This document shows, piece by piece, positions 1 to 50,070 of a stretch of DNA of 64,000 nucleotides. The translations under genes and the position numbers were made by a program. The DNA is from Raillietiella orientalis (taxonomy: Eukaryota): positions 1,426,001 to 1,490,000 of the forward strand of contig JAYWIR010000033.1 in the NCBI GenBank assembly GCA_036172245.1, in the 5' to 3' direction. Numbering within the stretch: the first letter of the stretch is position 1; each line of letters starts with the position of its first letter. The notes under the pieces are model-generated. The model did not search any database. It saw only the letters and a program-made list of their open reading frames with translations, and had not been told where the DNA came from.

Positions 1-1130
1 TTGATAATAATTTCTAGAATCTTCAGCAATGGAGAATAAAAGCGACGATTTCTACGATACGTTAGTCACTCCTAGAAAAATAGAAAAAGGATCAAAAAAA
101 TTGTTTCATTAAGGAAGCGATCCTTTTTCTGTTTCTTCCCTAATGGATATGAGGAATGGTTCCTCGATGTTGACGAAAACCACAATTCACACGCACGCAT
201 ATGGAATTGAATTATTCTTGTATTTTTTATTTTACTCTACTTTTTTTTCTCATTCTCTCTCACCCCTTTTTTCTAACGAAATTGGATTAGCACCTTGACG
301 TATTTCAGATTGAGCGTTTATACTGAGAGGGAAATATAACGTAATAATATCGTCTTTACATAAAGTAAAAGCTTATGTGAAGTAATAACTGATTAGCTGG
401 TTTAAATTGCTTGGGATATAAAAGTTGTTTAGAATAGTTCTGCAAAGTACATAAGAAAGATATTTCTACTCCTTAAATAAGTGCTGTTTCCTAAAAACTC
501 AGTGGAAGACAGGTTTTCAGAGGTCTCCATTGAAAAGTCTTAGTTTTTTAAAGAAATTTAACGACAGATTCATTAGGAACATGCACATACTCATATACTT
601 ATTTAACATTATATTTAGTTTAAGAAGCAGCATTCCTTCCAAATGTAGGTGACTGTGGACAAAAGTTGAAGTACTGAATTTTCAGTACTGAAATCAGGCA
701 GCCCATAACTGATGGAATTTTATTGTATAAATTGGCGATGTTTGCATCATTTTCCAAAAGACTGTAATAGCTTATCACGGAGTGAAATTTTTTCGGTATA
801 GCTTTGAAAATGATTGCCTCAAATCTTTGAAAGAAAATTCAGAAGTACTCCTTAAGATCTCTGAGTAAACATCAAACTCAGAACATGCTGCACAATCTGA
901 ATAATGAATAAGTAAATTGATTCACAACTGTGCAGCTAGTGGATTACATTTTCATTATTGGATTATCCTATTGCATCAGCACCGTGATTCCAATGTTTGA
1001 AAATTAGCCTTTGTGGCTTTTATTGCATTTTTTTTCCCCCTATTTTTAAGAGCTGCAATTCCATCAGCATTTATTAATTTGTAGAGTGGTATTTAAAATT
1101 GTAACCTGTCTTATGGATATGAATTTTCAG

Positions 1131-40059
<38,929 letters not shown>

Positions 40060-40111
40060 CGGTGGTGCTTTGATCTAGTCGTCCTTCGCCCTCCCTTCGG
40101 CGGCACAAGCG

Positions 40112-40117
40112 AATAAA
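40112..40117 (+). terminator. Probable polyadenylation signal of neurobeachin
   Basis: AATAAA 52 nt after the TGA at 40059. Confidence 0.55.
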
Positions 40118-40558
40118 GAGAACCTTCTGACGGGGATCGGTCGCTCGCATCTCCCTTGGGGCATCACCTGCTGGTGGGTCGGCGGCGTGAGGGAAGATGA
40201 TGGGAAGGAGGGAGCGAGGAGGACGGCAGGAGCCACGAACTTTGGCACACTCTGGGAACTAGCTGTCCCGGGCGGCCGGGGTGGCGTGCTGAACCGCGCC
40301 TGGAAGATACGGACCCCCCTCTAGCGATGGCGGTTGATTGCCCGGCAGCGGCAAAACGCCCCGTCTCCCCTTAGCCCCCAGGTCGATCGTTCCACCCTAA
40401 GGTGATGCCGAGACCATCATCCTGCCCATAATCCCACTCTCGGTGTTGCGAGCTGCATCCGGCCCCAACCGGGAGGTGCGTCAGTCAGGAAGGACGGTGC
40501 CCTTGCCAGCACGGGAAGCGGAGGACGAAGAAGAGATCTTGCCACCGCGACCCGTCGG

Positions 40559-41504
40559 ACCGGTTGACACCCGGTCAAGCCGCGGCGTTTATATTTATAA
40601 AAAAACAAACAAACATCCATGTCTGTGGCAGGACGTTTGATTCTGCCACGTTACTTGTAACTACGAGGAGGAACCTGCCTGGAACTGGCGCGCAGGTCGA
40701 AGAGGTTCGCCTCGGCAGCACGGGGGAGGGAGGGGAGAGAGACAAACAAAAAGGGAAAAAAATTGTCATAGTAAGAAAAATGGGGGGTGAGTTCGGGGAG
40801 GGATCACTGTGTGTGTGCTGGAGGGTGTCCTCTGCATCCTTGTAAGGATGCCAGCAAGTCTCTGTTTCAAGACTCCCAGATGGGGCCAACTTGGCGCTAT
40901 CCTCATGAAGAGGACATTAAAAGAGATGTGGTCCATGTCGTTCTGACCTCCTCTGGCGTTGTTGCTCCATGCAGCCACGATCCCTCGTAGGCAGTAAAGT
41001 GCTGCTGGGGATGCGGCCTTCCGGCGTGAGAGCGTCGCGCTGGAAGAGACGCTTTCAAAGGTCCTCTGGCGTTGCCGCCGGGGGTTCGAAAAATCGCGGC
41101 AGACCGTCCCCAAAGGGGCCGGAGGGCAACACAATCTACTAGGAGGTGCGGGAGGGATTCCCGCTCCCCGCAACTTGCACAGTTTGGGTCCACACACACC
41201 CCGCGTCCAATGATGCCAGAGGACGTTGCACGGGTAACCCCAGTGCAGCATCTGCATCGGCAACGATTCCTGTCACTTCAAGGGGAGGGCGTGCGTGTCC
41301 TGGGGTTGCTGCGGGTCTTCCACCGGAAGTTCTAGGAGCACGCCCGGCTCAAAGGTCCACGAGGTGGAGCACTCGGGATCGCAACGTCCGTAAGCTGGCC
41401 CATCGCCCACTCAGTCCTCCGCTTCGAGCAAAGGTTTCCATAGAAAGCACCCATCTAGCCGCAAGGCTGCTGCTGCCCCTGTGTTCCTTGAGGGATGGCA
41501 GCGC
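40559..41504 (-). mobile_element. 5'-truncated L1/Tx1-like non-LTR retrotransposon (copy A) with a 19-bp target-site duplication
   Basis: ORF2 C-terminal zinc-binding motif CVDPNCASCGERESLPHLLVDCVAL. Flanked by the direct repeat TGCCACCGCGACCCGTCGG at 40540-40558 and 41505-41523. Shared 3' motif at 40568-40592. Confidence 0.8.
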
Positions 41505-43269
41505 TGCCACCGCGACCCGTCGGGATCGGAAATTTCCCGGTCCTGGATGGGAATTTTTCCGCCTGCCCGAGTCTCGTGCAGTCCCGCGCACGCTGCACGC
41601 CTCTCATGGGCGCGTACCCCGTCCGCCGGCGGTTTCTGCAAGGACGGAAGAAGCCACGGAGGCGATGATGCCCGCTGGCGGGTCCCTCGGTCTCGATGCG
41701 TTCGTGCGCCTTCCGGGCATTTCATCCCTGATGGATGCAGCTGTCAACCCATCGGAGGCGACTTCGGTCTGCGGGCGGAAGTTTCCCGTCTTTTCCGAGC
41801 ACCGCGCGTTGCTGCCGGGTATGGCCGCCGCCGCGGCACCGCAGGTCGCGCGTGGGCGAGTTTCGGCTGGGGGACGACCGCGACGTGGTCCTGCGACGCC
41901 CCTGGCGCTGAACTCCACCGGAGGAGACCAAGATCCTAGATAAGCCACCCCATGCTGACCCTAGAAAACCGGCCACGATGCTCCTTGGAGGATGGGAGGA
42001 GAAAACCGAAGGAGGGAACGCATCCTTCGGCTTGTTGACGTCGGAATTTTCGTGTTTTTGTTTTCCTTGGGGTGGGGGGTGGGGTTTGCCGTCCCTCTCA
42101 GGTTTGACGAACGCGGGCTGCTCTGCTTGACGAAAGCCCTACCCTCGTGGCATGCTGGGTCACGTCGTGGAGAGAGAGAACCCTATGCCTGCAGTTGGCC
42201 ACCTGCGATTGACCAAGCTGTCCTGCATCCGAGGCACTCGCCAGCGACCGGAGGATCTCTCTGGGCAGAACGGACACTTCGTTTTCAACCGCGTTGTCCA
42301 CGTCGTCCATGTGAAAGCGTGGATGCGAACGCAGCAAAAATCTTTTTTTGCTTCTGCTGTCGCTGTTGTTCCGAAGGCCGAAAGTTGGCGGCATGCGCAA
42401 CTTTGCTCGAGCCAGCGAGCCCTCCACCCGCCGCCCCGCGTTCCCTTCGAAAAAATCCAATCTCAGCGTTTCCCCGTCCCTCGAGAAATCGGGTTCGAGC
42501 GCGACGTCCACGGAGATGGGGGATGAACGCGCGCGCGCTCTTAACGAATGGGCCGCGCGGTCCTCCGCGACAGCGGATCTGGGCTGCTGCAGCGTTCTCT
42601 CGAAGACGTCCTCTGCCGGGATTCGAAGTTCCGATCGGGCATCGGATAGCCACAGGGGAGAGAGAGAGAGAGAGAGAGAGAGCTTTCGCGATGACGTCAC
42701 GTCGCCGGGAATCACCTTGGGGGGAGATGCCGCGAATTTCTCGACGGCGAATTTTCGCATCACCCCTGCGACGCTTGGCGAACCGCCGCCCCTCTCCCTG
42801 CTCGGTCCTTTTTCGACAGATGAGCAGCACAACAAGCGCTCGTCCACGGGGGCGACAGGGTGGCGCTGGGCATTCCGACCGCCTCGGGGACCGTGTGCGA
42901 GGACGGCCAGCCGCGCCGCCGAAACCTGCGATCGCCACAACCACCACAGCCACCAGTGCGCTCTGTGGCTCGTGCTGCTGCTGCTGCTGCTGCTACTCGT
43001 CTCCGACCCGACACCGGCGGAATCCATCGCGCGCGCGCGCGCGCGTGTTCCATGACCACGGCCGATAGCGCTCCCGCTGATTGATGATTCGAGATTGGTC
43101 GGAAGCCAACAGCCGGCTCTTGGACGGCGTGCGCCCGGCAAGGCGTTTCCTCCTTCGGAACGTTTGAGGAGATTCTCAGCTCGCGACAACCTCCATAGGA
43201 AAGGTTGGGACCGAACGCATGGGCGGTGCTCGGGGGGAAGTTGGTGGTCCTCGACGGGACGAGCGCCGA

Positions 43270-44150
43270 CGAGTCATCTCGAAGGCGGGCCGGTCCTCAA
43301 TCTTCAAGGCACGCTGATCAGTTATCTTCAGGGCGCGTTCAGAAAACCATCTTGGAGGAGTACCGGTCTGCTGTTCCGATGGGGCACCGGTCAGCTGTCC
43401 TGACGGCACGCCATCAGTTATCTTCCAGGCGCGCTAGTCACTCATTTTGAAAGCGCACCGGTCTGCTATCTCGAAGGCACGCCAGTCTGCTATTTTGGTA
43501 AGGTGACACGCACTATCTTGATAGCGCCATAGTCAGTTATCTTGAGGGAGCGTCAGCCAGTTGCTTTTGAAGCTACGCCAGTCAGCAGCTTGAAGGAGAC
43601 GTACGCCAACGAGTTATCTTGAAGGCACGCCAGTCTGCTGTTTCTATGGGGTGCCGGCCAACTATCTCGAAGGCACGCTATCAGTTATCTTCGAGGCACG
43701 CCAGTCAGTCATTTTGAAAGCGTACCAGTCTGCTGCTCTGATGGAGCACCAGCCAACTATCTCTAAGACACGTCAGTCAGTATTTTGAAGGGGGCGCACG
43801 CCAACCAGTTATCTTGAGGACGTACTAGCCTGCTATCCTGAAGGCACATCAGTCTGCTATTTTGATGGGATACCAGCCAACTATCTTGAAAACACGCTAG
43901 CCAGTTATGTTCCGGGCACGTGTGCCTTTTGAATATTCTGAAGGCATGCTTGCGGGTTATCTTGAAGGCACTTGCGAGCCAGTCGCTTTGCAGGCGCACT
44001 AGCAATTTATCTTGAAGGAGGCACACGCCAACCAGTTGTCCGAAAGGCATGCTATCTTGAAGGCGCGCCAACCAGTTATGCTGTAGGAGGCGCAAACGTT
44101 GGCCGGTTACCTTGATGGCACCTCTGCTGGATTTGAGAACGCGCCGATGG
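43270..44150. repeat. Degenerate 24-bp minisatellite (consensus approximately TATCTTGAAGGCACGCCAGTCWGY)
   Basis: Recurrent tatcttgaaggcacgccagtc-like units, visible as an 8-residue period in the minus ORF (WLACFQDS WLVSHQNS RLMCLQDS RLVRPQDN). Confidence 0.85.
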
Positions 44151-46299
44151 ACCAACTCGTTCCTGGCTCGACTGGGAGGACGAGAAGGTTTCGCGTGTTT
44201 TCCGTGGGGTTTCTCGCAGCGGCGGATGCAGCGATAGATCTCGCAACGCTCGCGCGGGAGGGGAGGACGGAAAAATCGGCAGCCCCGCACTTCCGCGAGA
44301 CTGCCGCGCGGGACGCGAGCGGCGCGGTGTGGGAAAATCGGCTCCTCTCCTCCCACGGAATGCGCGAGACACCAATCTCGCGCATTCCTTGGCCCCCTTG
44401 CTCCTTCGTCCCCTCACAGAAACGGTGCGCCCATTGCTGCCGATCCCGATTTCGATTCCCGTTTTCCGGTTCGACGGGAAATGGGACAGTGGGCGAAGTT
44501 CCGATGGTGACCCTCGAAGCAGGAAACTTTTCTGCTTCCCTCTCGGGAAGCGTTGCGTGCGAACGGAGGATGAACCATCCGTCTGTGCTGACCATGAAAG
44601 TGGGGGGGGGGGGGGGGGAGGATAGGGTGCGGTACTTATTTTGGGTAACAAATGTGTGTTATCTTCGTGTCGCCTCGCGGTAGCATCTTCGCTGGTAACG
44701 CCTTGGAGTTGGGGGCGTATGGAACGGCATGAGATGGAATATGGCGTCTCATCCTGCTGGGATTCTGGTTGGTGGTGAGGGTGGCATTATGAGTGGGAGG
44801 AGTCGGTGGATGGTCTCAGCATCACTTTAGGGTAGGGCAATCATCTGTGTGGTGCATCGCGGTGGCATCTTTGTTGGTCGCCCTTTCAGCCGGGGGCGTG
44901 TGGAATGGGAAAAGAAGAGGCTTATGCTGATGGTGTTCTGTGGAAGGGGTTCTGGACCCTGGAGCTCTGCCTGCTCCAGCGCTCCGTGGCTTGCGCCGGG
45001 AACGACTGGACGTGGGTCTGCCGTTGAGGAAGGAAAGCTTCCTTCAACTGGGAAGCAAAGATGGCGGCGAGGAGGGGCGGTATTTGGGCGTTCTGCAACA
45101 ACGGTTCTCTGCCACTGCTCCTTTCCCAAGAAGTGGCGACTGAAGTTTTCCGGCTGCGCGGCGGCCACCGCAGCGGGCGATCCTTTTTTGGTGGGGTCCG
45201 CCATCCTCTTTGCTTGCGCCTTTTTCTTTTTTTTCCGGAGATCCCTCGGCGGCGCTCCGCTGCCTCCGCGGACGCGTGGGCGCGCGTTCATGGCGCCCGC
45301 TCGGGGGGCGCGCTCCACAGGGGAGGGGAATGCGGTGCGGGATGGATTCCCTCCGTCACTTCGTGATTTGTCGCTTCTGCTCGGGGAGGAGGAGGCTGGA
45401 AGCCTCTCGGCTTCCCCACTGCACGCGGCGTCCCGCCACTGGTCCACGAATCGGAAGCAGGAAAGCCGGCCGTCCACGAGGAGTTCTGAAATGGCCGCCT
45501 CGCACGGGTTTGCTCTCGGCGATGAGCATGCGCGGTCGGTTCGCGCTCGCCAGTCCGAAGGAATGGCCGTCGAGCGAGCTGAGCGCCCCCTGCGTAAACG
45601 CGCTCGCGTCTCTTTCGCGGGGCGGTTGCCGTCTCCTTCCTGGTTTCCGGAGAGGAAAGAGAGGTGGGGAGGGAGGGAGGGGGGAAGGGAAGCAAGAAAA
45701 AAAGAAGGAAAAGCAAAAAAGAAGGGGAAAAAAGCCGCAGCTAATGGAAGTAGCTGGTAGGTGGCAGGTGATTGGTGACGGGGGCGCGCTTCAGGTAGCC
45801 AAGGAGGCAGAGGCCATCCATCACTGGCTTGGGTGGGTCGCTCCGCGGAAGAGAAACCCGCCGAAGGTGGAGGAGAGGCGGCCGGATGCAAGCGCACGGC
45901 CTGGGGGTAGCGGTTTTGAAGGGAACGCTCGCTCGGACACGCCTGGGGCCTCCGAGTATGTACCGCCCTCGCACGTGCAGGCTCGCACCGATCGCGCGCG
46001 CGTGCGCGCGGCGCGAGGCCCGGAACGGGTGGCGGGAGCAGGAACCGGGCGCTCCAGCATCCGAAGACTGGTCCGGGGAAGAGAGCCGCGGCTTCGCTTT
46101 TATCGTTAGGGACACGGGGGCGATCACCTGCGCACTGCGAAGTGCGGGCATACACTTACAGGGGACGGCGGCTCTGGAGCACGAGGTTGCGACCCCCGGA
46201 GGGGCGGTTGAGATCAGACTCACAAAGGGGGGGCATCTTCTGAAAACGTGGGAAGGGGTTAGCGCTGCTCACGCTGACCATCCCACGGGGATGCACCCC

Positions 46300-47140
46300 C
46301 ACCGGCGGAGACGGCGGCGGTGACCACTCACAGCAGGGCGTTTCAAAGCCGCCCCCCACGAGAGCCACCAACGGTTCGGTGTCACCTGAGCACCATCGTA
46401 CGCGGCCGCTCCCGTGCCACTGCCGTGCCGTTTCCGTGTCACTTCCGTGTCCTCCATACCCCACTCCCGTGCTTCGGCCGCGTCATTCCTGCTTCGCTCA
46501 CGTGCTGCGTTCCTGTCTCATGGGATTGCGTTGCGAGTGCCACCGAAGCGCGAAAGAGCACCGGGAGGATCAGCTGTTCTCAGCGGGATTTTTCGACTGT
46601 TTCGGGATTGCAACCACCGCGAGAGTGAGGGAAAGCGATGAGGGAAGGGGGAGGAGGGAAGCAGAGCCCAGAGAGAGATGCACGTTCCGCGAGCGAGAGC
46701 AGAAGGTTTCTGCGAAATCCGCGCCGGGAGGTGGAACGAAGCTCTGGATGGGAGGGACGCACCGCCGCATCACAGTTGCGTGGAGCTTCAGACAGATCCA
46801 GCGGCTGTGACCACTCCGCAATCGCCGACGTCAACATGACGATGGCAGCCAGTTGGCCTCATCTTCCAAAAGACGTGAGGAAGGAGATCTCCGGCATCCA
46901 ACTCCGGTTCTGAAAGAAAGGAACGGCCAAAACCAAGGACCCCTGTCCCGAACCCGCCCATATCTTTATTTATATTTTTTATATATTGATTTGTGGTACC
47001 CTCTCTCCCTTTTCGGACTTTTGGTGTTACCAGCCTGCGTGCTGGGGAACCCTCCCTTGGAACTTGTGTTTCCTTTGTCTGGGAACAAAGTTCCCAGATT
47101 GTTTGTAATAAACGCCCCGGCGCACCCGGATGAACAGTGG
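46300..47140 (+). mobile_element. Degenerate 3' part of a related non-LTR retrotransposon (copy B); 5' boundary uncertain
   Basis: Peptide remnants (WDCVA, ITVAWSFR, MAASWPHL) parallel copy A (VDCVA, IVAAWSNNAR, IAPSWPHL). T-rich 3' UTR, and the same 25-nt motif at 47108-47132. Confidence 0.6.
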
Positions 47141-49927
47141 CAATGACCACCTGGGCGCCGCGCGAGCTTCTGTGGACTTCCTGCCTAGGGGATCGCGACC
47201 TTCCATCGGTCCAGGACCAGCCGTCCACTCTCCGGCGACGCGAAGGGCTGGTCTCGGAGGCTGCCTCTCCTCCCGGACGACGGCGCAGGAGCAAGGGGAG
47301 CGTTGTCGGATACGCTAATACTGGGAGTCCCGTGGCGGCAGCTCCGTCGCCGGATCCGCCTCGCGGGGAAGAATTCCCGCCCTTCCTCCGGCAGAACCTC
47401 CGGGGAACCTCATCCTTTCCTCCCGTTTCCTCAGCAACGGAGTGTATCGAGGGCAGCGCCGGGGCATCCCCTGCCTGAGTTCTGGGAACGGCCTCACGGC
47501 AGGGAATTTCGACATGACAGGAGGAGGAAGGAGTCGGTCGCTCCCGCCAGTCAGCAGCTCCTCCGGTCAGCCGGGTCCTCTCTCTGGCCGGACGCAGTCC
47601 ATCCCTCCGGCTTCCTTCTCGGAGAGCCCTAGCCGGGAATGAGCGAGCGTTCTGCTGCGTGACAGCCGGCCGGAGATCGCGCACAGGTTTTGGAGCCGAC
47701 GTCCTCCAGGTCTTCAAAGCGCCGGTGGGAATTCTGCGGGCTCGGGTCTGCGCGAACCCTCCTTTCGCGGGCGGCGCCCCGAGGCTGCCGGGAGAAGTCT
47801 AGGCGGCCGCTGATTTTGGGTCAGCGTGCGACTTCCCCCGCGGAGAAGGTCGGCGGGAGGAGACTACGGTGCTTCCTCCCCGTCGCCTCCCACCCGTGAC
47901 GAACGAAGACGGCTCCGGGAAAATGAGGAGGGGAATTCCCTCGGGAGCGCTTCGAGGGGCGCGAACCGGGAGCGGAGGGAGAGAGGAGCGGAGGAGTCGC
48001 CTCTTCTCTCCCTGACACTTTTTCCCCCCTCCTCCTCCTCTTCCTCCTTCTTTTCTTCTCTTCCGCGCTCCCGCGGGACCGCCTTCGCCGAGTCGGGATG
48101 CCGACTCACCGCCGCTAACTTGCCTGCCGTCGCTCCCTGGGAGTGACGTTACCGCGTCTTCACCGTAGGAGCTCCGCCTCCTTGGCGGAGGTCGCCGGGA
48201 GACACCGAAAGGGGAGGCTCCACCCTCTCCGTGCTGCTTTGACGGCGAAGGAAGACTCCCGTTCTGTATGCCCCCTTGGTCTTCCGTCTGACCTTCGACT
48301 TGCTACCTCCAGCTCAGACCTTCAGAGACGCCTCTCCTGCAGCCTGCAGGCTCCATCGGGCACCCTGCGGTCCCCTTTTGCCCTTTCTGGGAATGCGGTA
48401 GGAAGTCTGGACCGGACGCTACCTGGGAGCACTTGGCTGTTGGATGACCCAAAGGTCGGTGAGGCGCGTTCGGAAGGAGAAGAAAGGCTGGGGAGCGTGA
48501 ACGGATCATCCCAGAGAGAGGGTCCTTGCAGGTAGGGAGGGGCAGCCGAGTTCCCCCTCCAGAGGAGTTTAACTGCGGGCTCCAGAGGGCGTGGGCTTCT
48601 CCTGGTATTCGGCGAACACACTTTTCTCCAGGGATCGAAGAAGAAGGGGAGGGTCATCTCCCCTTTCTTTTTCCGTTTGCTTTCCCGGTGCCCTAGGCGA
48701 GGCAAGGGACTGGCTCCAGGGACGCCTCTGCTGCCGGAGAACTCCAGCGGTTTCCTCGGGAACCAAGGCGTGCCAGAAGCGCACTGCCTCTCGTTCCTCT
48801 TTCCTGCTGGCGACCCGGCTCAGTAGGTGCCCTGCGGGTCTTCTTCCCGGTGGGGCTCGCAACTTTTCAAGCTATTCTTAGCGTGGATCTTCGCTCTCCT
48901 CGCTAATGGAAGAACTGAGGAGAACCTCCAGGCCAAGGGAAGCGACCAGACAGCTGGATGTTCTCGAGGACGCTGCCATCCTGCGGACAGAGGCCACAGT
49001 GATCCCGGTCAGCAGCAGATGCACGCTTTTCACCGGAGGTGCTTCTTTCGCAAAGGGGCGACGTCGGTTGCTGCCGAGCTCTGGCAAGTCGCCTGTCGGT
49101 CTCGTGCCCAAAGTCCGTGGGCGACCCTGCACCCACTTCTTCGTGGGTTAGAGTAGCTCAGCGGCAGCAGCATGCAGGATGCCTTCCTCAGGCAGCGAGG
49201 CTGCGGAAAAAGAAGGCCTTCCCGCTGGCCCGCGGGCTCTTGTCTGGAAATCGTGATCCGAGACACTCGGAGGGAGGACCGATGTCAGCTCGCTCCTGAG
49301 GCAAAGAATCACGACGACTTCCCGCTCTCGCGGCGGCGACTGACAGATCCTCTGCGGAGAGGAGGCAGCCGAGAAGATGGGGAACATAGGGACGAAGCGC
49401 CGCTTGGATGAGGCCGTCCCCATGTGGAAGGGCTGAGAGCAACCTCGAAGAGAGCAAAACTACCAGGCGCCTTCGCTTAATCAGGAAGGGATTTTCCACT
49501 ACCCTTCTGCCCCTTTTCCATCGACGAACCTCGGGCACGAAGCGCAGTAGTTGGTTAACGGGATCGCCTATGCTCTTTTATGAAACGCGGCTGAAGTGGG
49601 TCCGCTATTCACGTTCAGTGTTGTGCACACTTTTCCTGCGGCAAGCAGGGAAAGCTACACGTGAGCTTTCGCCTCGATCGCCTCGTTTCCTCTTCCCTCT
49701 TTTCCAGGCCTTTTCTTCCTAGGTACAAGCGGTTGCCATTACAGCTTCGCTTTTGCACGGCTGCGTACATCGACATCCCATACAGTGGTGGGAAATTACC
49801 ATGGATGAATGGAATTCCCTAGCGTAAAGCTGGTGTCCAAGTTCCATGAACAGTGAACAAAATTCAGCGATCAGGCATAGAGCAACAATGCCTTGTTAAC
49901 AATCGATGACCTCCCACCGTAGCTAGA

Positions 49928-50070
49928 CAACAATGCTGTTCCTTCTCTTTCTCACCGGAAAGGCAACAATGCTTTCCGTTCCTTTGTCACCAGGAAAGCA
50001 ACAATGCTTTTCCTCTCTTGTCTCACCGGGAAGACAGCAATGCTTTTCCTTTCCTCTCTCACCGGGGAAG
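49928..50070. repeat. Short tandem repeat, four units of about 33-37 bp (CAACAATGCT...TCACCGG)
   Basis: caacaatgctgttcc...ctcaccggaaagg / caacaatgctttcc...tcaccaggaaag / caacaatgcttttcc...tcaccgggaaga / cagcaatgcttttcc...tcaccggggaag. A related solo unit occurs near 52640-52665. Confidence 0.8.

Noticed and set aside
29..1130. Possible neurobeachin start (ATG at 29 with a gttagt donor at 61, in-frame ATG at 1113, or an acceptor at 1050)
   Set aside because: I could not build a phase-consistent, homologous upstream exon, so the 5' end is left unresolved.
43270..50070. CRISPR-like interpretation of the two tandem arrays
   Set aside because: The context is an intron-rich eukaryotic locus, the units are degenerate with no unique spacers, and there are no cas genes.
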